Below are positions 12,586 through 25,432 of a stretch of DNA of 64,000 bases, piece by piece (position 1 is the first letter of the stretch; the number at the start of each line of letters is the position of its first letter). Both the position numbers and the translations under genes were made by a program. Source of the DNA: Narcine bancroftii (lineage: Eukaryota); the NCBI RefSeq assembly GCF_036971445.1, contig NC_091474.1, positions 26,536,001 to 26,600,000 on the forward strand, written 5' to 3'. The notes below the pieces were generated by a model. It did no database searches and had not been told where the DNA came from. It saw nothing but the letters and a program-made list of their open reading frames with translations.

Positions 12586-12984
12586 GAGGCAGGGGGCCAT
12601 TTGGCTTCTTACACCTGCTCAGCCATTCAGGCTGAGCTTTTATCTCAGCTCCACTACACTGGACTAACCATGTGCTCTCAGTTGACTTTAATATCCAAAC
12701 ATTTCTCAGCCTCTGTTGTATTTTTGAACAAGCAATAAGTTGGGGGTCCTTGGTGGCTCAATCAGCATCCATGAGTGTCAATAAAGGGTTTTGACTCGAA
12801 TCGTTGACCGTTTCTCTCCTCTGCTGTTACCTGACCAACTGAACCCCTCAAACTTATTATTTGCTCAAGGTTGCAGTATCTGCTGTTCTTGTTTCTCTGT
12901 TGTGACTGTGTCAAGTGAATGCATCACTGCAACCCATACGTAGAGAACGCCAAGAATTCATTGCCATCTGTATGGCACTATGCT

Positions 12985-13110
12985 CACGGTTGCCATTTTC
13001 CAACTCTAGTGACTTGGGTTCGACCTTGACTGTGGGTGCTGTCTGTGTGGAGTTCGAAAGTTCTTCCTGTGACTGTGTGTGGATTTACCTGAGATGCTCC
13101 AGTTTCCCAA
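12985..13110 (+). mobile_element. HE1/V-SINE-like SINE (degenerate)
   Basis: gggttcgac B box, then gctgtctgtgtggagtt...gtggatttacctgagatgctccagtttcc V-domain. Confidence 0.7.
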
Positions 13111-13279
13111 ATAGATACTAGGAATTATTATCAAAACTTACTTCCATTTCCTAAAACTAGATTGACACTGCCAATTCCTATTAATATTCTGTTTTTAAAA
13201 GTGCCCTGCTACCTTTTCCATAATAATAGATTCTAAGATTTTTGCTGGTACTGGTCTTAGACTCGCTGTTCTTAATTTT

Positions 13280-13500
13280 TTTAAATTTACATGTATAGGA
13301 TGGTAACAGGCTCTTCTGGCCCACAAGCCCATGCCACACAAATGCCCCAATCAACCTACAACCCCTTTGAGGGTGGGAAGAAACTGGAGCACCGGGGAAA
13401 TGCAAACAGATATGGTGAGAATGTCCAAACTCCTTAGACACAGTGCCAGATTTGAACCCAGGTCACTGGCATTGCAATAACATTACACAAACCATGCTAC
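13280..13500 (-). mobile_element. HE1/V-SINE-like SINE
   Basis: gggtgggaagaaactggagcaccgggg...caaactcc...tttgaacccagg. Confidence 0.8.
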
Positions 13501-13716
13501 CCTGTGCTCTGTTTCCTGTTTTCTCTCTCCCTCCTTTATAAATAGTGGTCATACACTGGCAATATTTTATTTTGTGGGAACCATCTAGAAGGATCACAAG
13601 CAGTGTACCCACTGCACCCTTTATCCCTTTTCAAAATCTTTGGACACAGGTTATCCAGTTCTGGGATTTTTTTTATCAGCTTTCAATATATCTCCAAAAC
13701 TTTTATTAGACCAATA

Positions 13717-13914
13717 CAGTAAACCCCTGGTATCCAGCACCCATGGAGATTGTTAGATTCCAGATTAATGAATTGTCCGGTTGCTTGAGATTATATGTTG
13801 CGTGGATTGGGAAACGAACGACAAGGTGTGCTAATTTTAAACGTCCATATTTTTTACCTTTTATTTTCCTCATTTTTTTTACAGGTTGCTTGAATTCAGT
13901 ATAAAAGGGTACTA
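13717..13914. mobile_element. Tc1/mariner (Tigger-type) MITE, copy 1
   Basis: ta|cagtaaacccctggtatcc left end; colinear homologue at 52934-53128. Confidence 0.7.
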
Positions 13915-13984
13915 TTAATTTTTGGTTCTTTATTTTCTATTCTCCACTATTTCAAATTTTAAGTTTTTAAATTTAAAATTTAAA

Positions 13985-14220
13985 TTTAGACATACAGCAC
14001 AGTAACAGGACATTTCAACTCAAGAGCCTGTGCCGCCCAATTATACCCAATTGACCTACAACTCCCTGTATGTTTTGAAAGGTGGGAGGAAACTAGAGCA
14101 CCCAGAGGAAACCCTCGCAGACAGAAGGAGAACATACAGACACCGTGGAATTTGAACCCCGGTTGTGATCACTGCCACTGTAACTGCATTGCACTAACCG
14201 CTACGCTAATCTTGCCGCCC
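13985..14220 (-). mobile_element. HE1/V-SINE-like SINE, near full length
   Basis: Ends ...gcactaaccgctacgctaatcttgccgccc (tRNA head on -); V-domain ggtgggaggaaactagagcaccc. Confidence 0.85.
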
Positions 14221-16029
14221 AGATCATTTATCCTGACCTGGGGAGCACAGGACCCGAATTAACTTGTACTGTTTTCTTTTCCTCTTTTTTTCTTATCTGC
14301 GGAAGCTTTTACAGCTTGCTTTTATGCCTCTTTCTACTCCTGCATTCTACTTTTTCTTTCCTGATTAGAGTTAAGTGTTTTCCTTTCCCATTTGGCGGTT
14401 GCCGCTGGATTTGAGTTCCTGTGTGAAAATGCCAGCAGCTGTGTAAACTGGCACAGTTGAAGGTGCACCTTTCCAGGTCAATCAGCACCATCTGGACCAG
14501 GGCCCATGGCTGCCAGAGAGTGCAACTTCTGCTGTCCATTTCTGTCGTCTTTCATCTCTGTACTTCAGATTCAGGTGATGCTGGCACTTAGCAGCCCAGT
14601 TTCCATCACAGGGAGAGAGTGAGGGATTGAAGCTGGGGTTTATTTTAACACAGACTACAAAAGTGAATGAATGGGCAGTTATCAACTCCCCTCCTCCCCT
14701 ATTCATTTTGGCATTGTGACAGGACCTATCATGCAGCTTCTATTTCTCGTAAATTGGATTCATTTTCCTTGCTTGATATTGTCAATAACGAGTCACTTGT
14801 TTTACTCTGACTGTTCTGACCCCAGCCTTATTTTGAAAATTGGAACTGAACCAACGGTAACATTCAGACACTCGATTTTTAATCTGGTCACAATTCTCAT
14901 GTCTGGAACTGGCTTGGAATAATGGATTTCTTTATTTGTCTTATTTCTCTGGCCCCGAGTGTATCGGGCAGATTTAAAGCAAGCTCACCATTGAGAAATG
15001 GAAGAGCTATAATAATTAAAACACGTGTCTTAAAATTCAACCTTCAGATATCAGCTCTTCATTGAGTGATAACTTGACAAGATTTTTATTTACAAAGGAA
15101 ACGACGACATCAGGCTTAACTGGCACCTTAACGTAGTTAAATTTTCTTGAGGGTTCTCATTGGAAAATTAATTTTATTTAATTTAGAAATGTAGCACTGT
15201 AACAGGCTCATTTAGCCCATGAGCTCACGCTGCCCAATTTCACCCATTTGACCTGCTAACCCTGTTATGTGACAAATTTTGAGTCGCGTATAAGAGCTGA
15301 TGGGATAGATGGGGGGTGGGGAGTAGGGGTCAAAGTGATAGGCTTTAACAATTGATTTTAGAGGAGGAAGTAGAGAAGTTCACAGAGGGAACTTCAGAAG
15401 CGAAGGTGGTGTTGCAGAGGTGGAACAAAAGAAATTAGAATGCACTGGATTGCAGGATGGAAAGAAAGCAAAGATCTAGGGCTGGAGATTGCATTACAGA
15501 AACATAGTGAACATTGGTAACGAGGTATGATTTGAGGCCAAGGATGACTGTGTTTAAATTAAGCTGGATCTCCACATTGCTATCTGGCTGATCAATGAAC
15601 AGTTGGCGAGAGTGAAACAGACACAGTTGATTGCAGTAAAAGCCCAAAAATGCTTAAGAAACTCGGCAGATCTCGCAGTGTCCTTAGGAGGTAAAGATAT
15701 ATATATATATAAAACTGAGGCCTTCTTCAAAGTGAACAGCTCACAGTTAGAACATGTTGAAAGAACTGTGGATAGGAAGGGTTTGGAGGGAAACGGACCA
15801 AATGCAATTAAATAGGAGTACCCCTTAATAAGTTGGCATGGAAAAATTGGGCCAAAGTGATTGTTCTTGACTATATGATTCTATCTCAGGATTCTGGAGG
15901 ATGAGAAACTATCTTGAAGCGCATTGGAATAGTTGAGTCTTGAGGAAACAAGGACTTGGATGAGAGATTAACTTAACTGTGAAGCATTTTTACTCTGCAG
16001 TGTTCTTTTTGCAGAAAAATAGGATTACC

Positions 16030-16940
16030 AATGGTAATCCAACAATGGCCTGTGTCTAATGGTGTGCCTCAGGGATCAGTGCTGGGTCAATTGTTGTTTG
16101 TGATCTGTATCAATAATCCAGATAATAAAGTGGTAAATTTGATCAGCAAGTTTGCAGATGACACGAAGATTGGAGGTGTAGTGGCAGTGAGGAATACTTT
16201 CAAAGCTTGCAGAGGGATCTGGACCTTCTAGAAAAATGGGCTGAAAAATGGCAGATGGAATTTCATGCAGACGAGGGCGAGGTGTTGCAGTTTGGAAGGA
16301 CAATCCAAGAAAGGACATACACAGTAAACAGTAGGGCACTGAGGAGTGTGGTAGTGCAGAGGGATCTGGGAATACAGATGCATAATTCCCTGAAAGTGGT
16401 GTTGCAGTTAGATAGGGTTGTAAAGAGATCTTTTGGCACATTGGCCTTCATAAATCAAAGTATTTTGTTTAGGAGTTGAGATGATATGGTAAAGTTGTAT
16501 AAGACATTGGTGAGGCCAAATTTAGATTGTGTCACCTAACTACAGAAAAGATTGAAAGAGTGCTGAGAAGATTTAATAGGATATTGCTGGAACTTGAGGA
16601 ACTGTTACAGGGAAAGGTTAAGCAGTTTAGGACTTTATTCCTAAAAGAATGAGTGGAGATTTGATAAAGGTATACAAAATTAAGATTGGTATGGATAGCA
16701 TAAATGCAAGTAGGCTTTTTCAACTAGGTTAGGTGAAATACACAGGTTAAGGGTGAAAGGGAAGTTTTAGGGCAAATTTCTTCAGAGAGTGGTGGGAGTA
16801 TGGAATAAGCTACCAGCTGAAGTGGTGAATATGGGCTCAAGTTTAATATTTAAGAAAAATTTGGATAGATACATGGATGGGAAGGGTATGGAGGGATATG
16901 GACTGGGTGCAGGTCAGTGGGACGAGGCAGAATAATAGTT
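16030..16940 (+). mobile_element. CR1 LINE, 5'-truncated degenerate ORF2 RT plus 3' end
   Basis: GVPQGSVLGQLLFVICIN...SKFADDTKIGG and QRDLDLLEKWAEKWQMEFH motifs, with frameshifts. Confidence 0.92.
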
Positions 16941-16945
16941 TGAGT

Positions 16946-17130
16946 GAAACACAAAAGTCTGCAGATGCTGTGATTGTAGTCAAAACACAGAAGTGTTGAA
17001 GGAACTTGCAGAGTCCATAGGAGGGATACATTGAGGAAGGGCTCAGGCCAGAAATGTTGGTAATATAGCTTTACCTCCTATGGATGCTGCAAGACCAGCT
17101 GAGTTCCTCCAGCATTTCTGCATTTTGATT
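16946..17130. mobile_element. Penelope-terminus-derived fold-back element
   Basis: The left arm (gtccataggagg) is inverted against the right arm (cctcctatggat...gagttcctccagcatttctg). Central gaagggctcaggccagaaatgtt motif. Confidence 0.65.
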
Positions 17131-19494
17131 GTGAATAGCAGCTCATCACAGTCTAGAAGGACCAAAAGGCCCATTTTCTGTGCTGTAATCTTCTATGGTT
17201 GTCGAGGGAGGATTCCAGCTCTTTCAGAAATGCTTTGGGACAAAGCCTTTTTTTCTGGGATGAAATTTGTGTGTACCTTAATATTATCAAGGTTCTTGAA
17301 TCAAAAGGTTATCACTTCATCTAAAACAAAAAGCAGACAAGGATAGTTCATGCTTGTCTACTGATGATCGCTTTGCTCATGTGAATGCAATGATTTCCAA
17401 GGGTAATGCGATGTGGCTGGAGGATAAATGTATTGCTGCTCAAAACACCTTTGTCTGGCTGTTCAAATGTTGATCTCTACATCTGCAAAAGTGTACATTA
17501 CTGTAGCCAAGTTTGGTCCTATTTAAATACAGTTGGGATGTGAAGGGGGGGTGGGGGGGGCGAATGAGAGGTGAGCTATTTTGCAGGAACTGTGATAGAA
17601 GCAGAAACAAAAACCTCCTCTAAAATTAAATTGAGCCAGGACCAACTTCAGCCAAGCCGGAATCATCAAAGAGCCCTTCATAAGGCAGTTAGTGAAGTAT
17701 ATGAAGGTCTCCTTGCAGCATTATTAGGCAGTGCCATAACCACTAATTCCTCTAGGAAGTCTCTGCCCAAATACCAAACTGTATGAAACATCTTTGGTCA
17801 ATCAGCAGTGATTTGTTTTTATGTGGTTCTTTTAATGGCTTTGATTAAGGCTCTGAATGTTTTCTTTTTAATTTAATTGTTGACTTAACGTTTTTTTGAG
17901 AAAGGGAATGTTTTCAGCCGAGTGTTTTGGTGACAATTGACCACTGTGTGAATGTTTCTTTTAATCAGTGCCACAATATGTTAAGCTTGTGGAACAGTTA
18001 ATGCAAGGAAAAGCCTGTGACAGTTCACCATAATAAACGGCAGCAGTTTAAAAGAAAATGGTCAACTCCATTACCTCACCTTCCCATAATCTCTGATTAA
18101 TGAGACTAAAGCTGTGCAATAAGTCAAGTGAGTGGATTGCTGAGGGTGAGAACGTTTTGAATGAGTGACGTGATTTATTTGAGAACGACAGTGTGTGGGG
18201 GGGGGGGGTAGGCGGGGGGGGGGTAGGCGGGGGGGGGGGGGTTGGTGGGGGGAGGTTGGTATTGGGAACTGGTGAAGTGACTGGACTGTGGATTTTTTTA
18301 AAGGGCACTGAAATCTTAAGGTTGCTGTTCATTCTAAATATTACACCTCCCACCAGTAGAGAAAGTATATTTCCATTGGGGTGATTGTCTATGTTGCTGA
18401 ACAGTAAAATGTACAATCTACATCCATTTGATCCTTTCATTTGAAATGTAAATCTCACATATGGCCTTCAGTGTTACAGGACTGGACTCTAGTCAAACAG
18501 CTGGTTTTGCGTACAGCTAGATCTTGGATCTCTGTGCCATCAGTGAGGCTATCACCTCTTGGGTCAATTTTCGAGGTGGAATACCCTATCATATGAAACA
18601 GCCCACGTTGCCAATTGCTCCAGGTTCCATGTGAAGTACTTGTGCTTCGTCTGCAGTCATATCTGGGTCACAGAAAAATGTCTTGAGCAGCATTTCTTCA
18701 AAAGCAGGTTAAGAATGTGGAGGCTTTATAAAATTGTGAATGTAAAAGAAGAAACCCTAGTCTTTGGGGTTTGCAAAATTTTTTAAATTAATTTGAACTG
18801 ACCAATAAACTTAGATAGAAGTTGGCTACTGTGAATCAAGAGACTCGATTCCTGATTAGCCAAAACCACAAGACAAGGAGCAGAATTAGGCCATTTAGCC
18901 TAATTGAGTCTGCCCCACTGTTCCAACTTGGTCAATTTACTTTTTGTTTTAACCCCATTGCAGAGGGGTTAACTATAGGCTAGTTCATCAGATTGATAGC
19001 AAGAATTATACCTGGTGTTTGTTGCCATCAAATGGTGCTTTTTTGGAGTGTAGCAGGAAAAGCTGCTCTTTATTTTTCCATCCCTATATGTCCCTGCCAA
19101 GTTGGTGACAAGCCACTGCAGTTGGTTCCATGGTACCCTTGGGGAAGTTTTTATCCTGTTGATGACGACAAACACATTTGTAATCTAAGGGCTTCATTGG
19201 TTGAAATGGAACTTTGTTGGTGCATTTTGTTAGCCTTCCAGGTAGTAGAGTTAGTTGCTTTGGGAGGGGCTGTCAGAAAGTTTGGGCAAGTTTCCACCAT
19301 TCATCTTGTGGCTCCTACATGCGGTATTGACAGAATAATGTGAGTGTTGCCAGTCTAGTGGTCTGCCTTGCCTTGGGAGGTGTTGATCATATTGAGTTGT
19401 TAGGGCTCTGCCCATCTAGACCAGTTAAAAAATAAAATTCCATTGTGGTCCTAGGTTGTCGATGGTGTTAGGCTTTAAGGCTCTGGAACTGTTC

Positions 19495-19890
19495 TCACTA
19501 CAGTTTAGAAGAATGAGGACAGATCTTATTGAAACCTATCAAATACTGAAAGGACTGGATAGCATGAATGTGAGAGGATGTTTCTATGATGGGGGACTCT
19601 GGGACTAGAGGACAAAACCTCATAATATAAAGATGTCCCTTTAGAACATAAATGAAGAGGAATTTATTTACCTTGAGCGTGGTGAATCTGGAATATGTTG
19701 CAGCAGACAGCTTTAGAGGCCAAGTCATTGGGTAAATTTAAGAACAGGGTAGATGGATTCTTGATCAGGAAGGGAGTCAAGGGTTATGAGGACAGGAAAA
19801 TGGGATGAAAAGAATAGTAAATCATCCATGGAGGGGAAGACTTGATGGGCCAAATTGCTGATTCTGTTCCTTGTATTATAGTCTTATGGC
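19495..19890 (+). mobile_element. CR1 LINE 3' fragment
   Basis: agaagaatgag...gatcttattgaaacctat...gtggtgaatctggaat; homologous to the other CR1 3' ends. Confidence 0.8.
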
Positions 19891-22059
19891 GCTGGCAAAT
19901 CAGGAATCGTCTCTGATAATCTAGCTTCTATGCTCTATAGATATTTGGTTAGTTCAATTTAACTTAAGAGGCGGCACTGGAGACTGAAGGTGTTGGAATC
20001 TGGAGCAAAAAACAAACCCTTCACCTGGGCATGGTCTCAACCCAAAACATTAACTATCCATTCCCCTCTGCAGGTGTTTTTAATTTGATAATATCCTTAT
20101 TTTTCAATTTGGTAATTTCCACAAGATTTTACTTGCATTTTCACCTGTCCTCACTCTTCTTCCTCTCCCTCATTATCTCCAAACTCCTGTAATTCAGGTC
20201 AAATAGGGGAAACTCAGTTTTCATCCAATTATATTCTTGTATGTTGCTTTCATTTAATGACTACTTTTGAAATAAGAACATAAGAAACAGGAGTTGGTCA
20301 TCTGGCCTGTTGAGCCTGCTCTGCCATTCAATAAGATCATGGCTGATCTGATGATAGGCTCATCTCTACTTTCCTGTCCCATACACCTTAATTTTCTTAC
20401 TTTCCAAAAATTTATTCAATCGTGTCTTAAATATGTTTACTGAGATAGCCTCTAATCCTTCCATGGGCAGAGAATTAAGTGATGTTGAGTTTAAGACTTG
20501 AGTGTAATCTACAATGGGAATGTGCTAAGAACTTTCTCTGCCACCCCAACCAAGGCCAACTTTTATTTCGCATCACTTATTACATATGAGGTGAACCACT
20601 CTCGTGAATCCCTGGTTCTCTTGCAGAAAGTACCCAAGTCATGCCGTTGGGTATAGACATCACAGATTTGGACCAAGTGGCAATGAGGGACGAGTGGTCA
20701 TAGTTCCAAGTCGCAATGGTGGGCGACTGGGAGAAGAACCTGTAGTGGGCGTATTCTTGTGTATCTGCTGCCCTTGGTGACAGCATTTGTAGGTGTGAGG
20801 GATGCTCACATGGTAGCCTGTGTGAGTAACAGCAGTGCACTTTGTTCATGGTACACACTAGCCATTGTGTGCTGGTGATTGAAATTGATATTTAGGGCAG
20901 TGGAAGGGGTGCCAGTCAAGCAGGGCATTTAGACATGAATGCTGTCAAGTTTCTAGAGAATAAAAACACAGAAATGCTGGAGGAACTCAGCAGATCTCTC
21001 AGCATCTATAGGAGGTAGAGATATATAACCAATGTTTCTGGCCTGAGCTCTTCTTCAAGGTATGAAGGTGTCTGAATTAAAAGGCTGGGGAGAAACAAGC
21101 AAAGGCCAGAGGGAGGATCACAGATAAAATGTGTTAATTGGATAGGCATAGGATGACAGGAGGGGAAAGGTGACTATTGATTTGGGGAGGGGATGTGGTT
21201 GGGTTGGCTCTGTGAAAGCTGAGCTGGTGGAAAGGAGACTGAGGGAGGGGTGTGGAGCATGGGGTTAGGATTGCTGGCACAGCATTCATCCAAGCAAGTC
21301 GATTACTTCTTTGGTTTCCCCTTGTAAATGGTGGAAAGGCTTTTGGGGTATCTGGAAGTGAGTCACTCACCACAAGATACTCCACTGCTGCTCTTCTCTT
21401 GTGATTGTGGTATCACAGAATATTGGTGCCAGTGGACCCAGTGATGGGAATGCCTTTTAACATCAAGGGCTGGTGGTTGAACTTTCTCTTGGTGGAGATG
21501 CTCTTTCCTTCGCAGCTCTGTGTCCTGATTGTCACTTCCTACTTCGTAGCCATGTGTGAAGGATGTCTAAGTCTTGTTGTGCTTGGAATGGAATATGAGC
21601 ATTCCTTTTCCTGACTTACTGATGAAAAGAATGTCATCGAGGAAGCAGATGAAACCTCGATACCGACCTGAGGAACTCTTAAGATGATGTCCTGGAGCTG
21701 CATTGATGACCTCCTGCAATCGAAGCCATCTTCTTTTGTGCAAGGTACAACTCCCACCACTGGTGTGCATTCTCTTATGATGCCCATTGACTTTAGTTTT
21801 TCTCGAGAACCCCCAATGCAACAATCAGTCATAGGTTTCAACCTATGATTTTTTTTTTGATTATTTTATTTTAATTTTTCAAAGACTCAGCTGATTGTTG
21901 ACTTCAGGAAAGGAGAACCAGAGGTGTACGATCCAGTGAACATTGGGGATCAGCGCTGGAGAGGGTGAGCAAACTTAAGTTCTTGGGAATCACTATCTCG
22001 GAGGATCTTTCCTGGACCCAACAAATGGCATTGTGAAGAAAACACGTCAGTGCCTCTCC

Positions 22060-23080
22060 TCCAGTTTGGTGGTAGAATATCAAGCACCGTCACGCGAGCA
22101 CTGGTGCACTTCAGGGCTCTGTGCTCAGCCCACTCCTGATCATGCTACTGACCCACGACTACATTGCCAGATCCAGCTCCAAAAGTGTCATCAAGTTTGC
22201 AGATGACACAACTGTAGTTGGCCTCATCAGCAACAACGTTGAGTCTATCTGCAGAGAAGAGGTAGAAATTCTTGTGAAATGGTGCAAGAGTAACAACCTG
22301 AGTCTCAACGTGGAAAAGACGAAGGAGATGATCTTTGACTTCAGAAGGACCAGGAACGACCGCCCTCCACTACACATCAACAACTCTGCAGAAGAGAGAG
22401 TAGAGAGCACCAAGTTCCTTGGAGTTCACTTAACTAGTGACCTATTGTGGACAGTCAACATCTCCTCACTTGTCAGGAAGGCACAACAGTTTCTGCACTT
22501 CCTGAGAAGACTGAAGTGGACAAGGTTACCAGTCACCATTATGTCAACAGGAGCTCTATGAAGAGCACCCTGGCCAGCCGCATCACACTGTGGTATGTTT
22601 GCTGCAGAGAAATGAATCGGAGGGCAATCCACAGGACCATAAGAGTGGCAGAGAGGATCACTGGAGTCTCCCTTTCCCCCATTGACGTAATCTACTGTGA
22701 TCTTTGTCTGAAGAGGACGCACAAAATAATTGAGGACCCCTTCCACCCCCCCACACAGCATCTTTCAGCAGTTCCCATTGGGAAAGAGATACAAGAGTAT
22801 CTTAGCCAGCACCACCAGGCTGAGGAACGGCTTCTTCCTATAGGCAGTGAGAACGCTGAACGACCAAAGGAACTGCTCACACTAACAATCCAAGACTTAT
22901 TTGTACAAAATAATATTTATCTATTTTTATAGACATAATACTTGTTCTGCATGTGTATTATTTGTCTATATACATATTATGTCTGATTGTATGTCTGCTT
23001 GTTTTTGCATTGAGGACTGGAGAACATTGTTTTGTCGGGCTGAACTTGTACAATCTGATGGCAATAAATTTGAATTGACT
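22060..23080 (+). mobile_element. Rex1/Babar LINE, 5'-truncated RT C-terminal half plus 3' UTR
   Basis: ORF 22121: LSPLL..LTHD...IKFADDTTVVGLISNN...REEV...LSLNVEKTKEMIFDFRR, diagnostic of Rex1/Babar RT. Confidence 0.88.
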
Positions 23081-23114
23081 ACTTACTCAGAAGCTTGTGG
23101 AGGTTTAGTATGAC

Positions 23115-24526
23115 CATAGAACATTACAGCACAGAAGTAGGCCCCTTTGGCCATTCTAGTTTGTGCCAAATTATTTTTCTGCCTAGTCCCACAGACCTAC
23201 ACCCATCCATAGCCCTCCATACCTCTCACATTCATGTACCTGTCCAAATTCTTCTTAAATATTAAAATTGAGCCTGATTTCACCACTTCAGCTGGCAGCT
23301 CATTCGACACTACCACCACTCTCTGTGTGAAGAGGTTCCCACAAATGTTTCCCTAAACTTCTCCCCTTTCACCTTTAACCAATGTCCTTTGGTTTGTATC
23401 TCACCTACTCTCAGTGGAAAAAGTCTACCTATATTTACTCTGCTGATCTCCCTCATAACTTTAAATGCCTCTATCAAATCTCCCCTCATTCTTCTACTCT
23501 CCAGGGAATGAAGTCTTAACCTGTTTAACCTTTCGCTGTAACTCAGTTCCTGAGTTCCGGGCAACATCCTTGTAAATTTTCTCTGCACTCTTTTATCATA
23601 TTGATATCTTTCCAGTAGTTAGGCGACTAAAACTGCGCACAATACTCCAAATTTGGCCTGTCCCATGTCTTATACAATCTTACCATAGTATTCCAACTCT
23701 TATACTCAATACTTTGATTTATATATGCCAAAACCTGTCTTTACCGTCCTATCAACCTGTGATGGCAATTTCAGGGAATTTTGTTCCTGTATTCCCAGAT
23801 CCCTCTGTTCTACCACACTCATTAGTGCCCTACCATTTGCCGTGTTTGTCCTTCCAACATGCAACACCTCACACTTGTCTGCATGAAATTCCATCTGCCA
23901 TTTTTCATCCCATTTTTCCAGCTGGTCCAGATCTCTCTGCAAGCTTTGAAAACCTTCTTCACTGTCCACAAAGCCTCCAATCTTAGTGTCATCTGCAAAC
24001 TTGCTGATACCATTTACCACATTATTGTCTAGATCAGCAATATGAATGACAAATAACAATGGTCCTAGGACCGATCCCTGAGGCACACCACTAGTCATAG
24101 GCCCCCTGTCTTAAGATGCAATCATTACCATTATTGTCTGGCTTCTCTCGTCCAGCCTTTGTTGAATTCATTTGACTACTTCATCATGAGTACCGAATGT
24201 CTGAACCTTCCTGACTAACCTCCCATGTGGGACTTTGACAAAGGCCTTACTTAAAGTCCATGTAGACAACATCCACAGCCTTTCTTTCAATGACTTTCTT
24301 GGTAACTTTCTCAAAACTATACAAGATTGCTTAAACACAACCTACCACGCACATATCATGTTGACTATCCCTAATAAATCCCTGCCTATCTCTTAGAACA
24401 GCTTCCAATAATTTACCTACTACTGATGTCGGGCTCGCTGGCCTATAATTTCCAAGGTTACTTTTGGAGCCTTTTTTAAACAACGGAACAACATGAGCTA
24501 CCCTCCAATTCTCTGGCACCACACCC
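23115..24526 (-). mobile_element. CR1 LINE, 5'-truncated, with a 5-bp TSD
   Basis: ORFs read VPENWRVAHVVPLFKKG..GNYRP, TSGVPQGSVLGPLLF..KFADDTKIGG and RRMRGDLIEAFK. atgac is duplicated at 23110-23114 and 24527-24531. Confidence 0.92.
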
Positions 24527-25432
24527 ATGACATCAGAAACTCTATCAAATTTCTACAGATGTGTGGTGGAAAGTATGCTGACCGGCTGCATCAAGGTCTG
24601 GCATGAGAACACCAATACTGGTCGGTACCCCTGAGCGTAAAGTCCTGCAAAAGGTAGTGGACGCAGCCCAGGATATCACAGGCATCCCTCCCTACGGAAA
24701 GCAGCAGCAACAATAATCCACACTACCCAGCATATGCTCTGTTCTCGCTGCTGCCATCAGGAAAGAGGTATTGGTGCCACAAGACTCACACCACCAGGTT
24801 CAGGAACAGCTGCTACCCCTCCACCATCAGACTCCTCAACGACAAATTCAATCAAGGAGTCATACTTATGCACTTTATTGTTTTGTTTTCCTCTCTGCAT
24901 AGTCAGTTTGTTTACATGTGTATGTTGTGTACAATTTATTTTTTAGCAGTACCAATAAGTGGAAAATCTGCCTTGCTCACAGGAAAAAGAATCTCAGTTG
25001 TATGTGATGTTATGTATGTACACTGGCAATAAATCTGAAAATTTATGTCAAGGGTATTTCGCCTCGTATCTTTATTGTTAGATTGTTATTAACATATATA
25101 GTTGTTTAATGATATCCTGTATTATTGTTAACCTAGTCTAGTTCTTTTTTCCTTCTCTTTTTCTTCTCCTTTTTCTTTCCTTTGAGGGTTAGTGGGAGGG
25201 AATGAGTGGGGGAAGGGAGAAAAATGAAATAAAAAGCATGTATGTTTTTTGATTAGATTAAGCTTTGACATGTATGTAGTTTGAATACATGTGTCAAATA
25301 AACTTTGGAAAAAAGGGTATTTTGTCTCTTTTTGTTTTTGTTTGTTTTTTCCTCGAGGAAAGTGGCTTTGAATTCAGCCAGCATGATTCTTCGCTCCAAG
25401 TTACAAAAACAGCTTCTTCCCCTCAGGTTTCT

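Larger units (their letters stand above)
21885..25040 (+). mobile_element. Older Rex1/Babar LINE split by two nested insertions
   Basis: Pieces at 21885-22058, 23081-23114 and 24527-25040 are colinear with Rex1 ORF2 (..IVDFRK.. / ..RSLWRFSMT / SETLSNFYRCVVESMLTGCI..). Confidence 0.75.

Noticed and set aside
18048-18458. Proline-rich and glycine-rich ORFs
   Set aside because: Artefacts of the poly-G tract; no splice or homology support.
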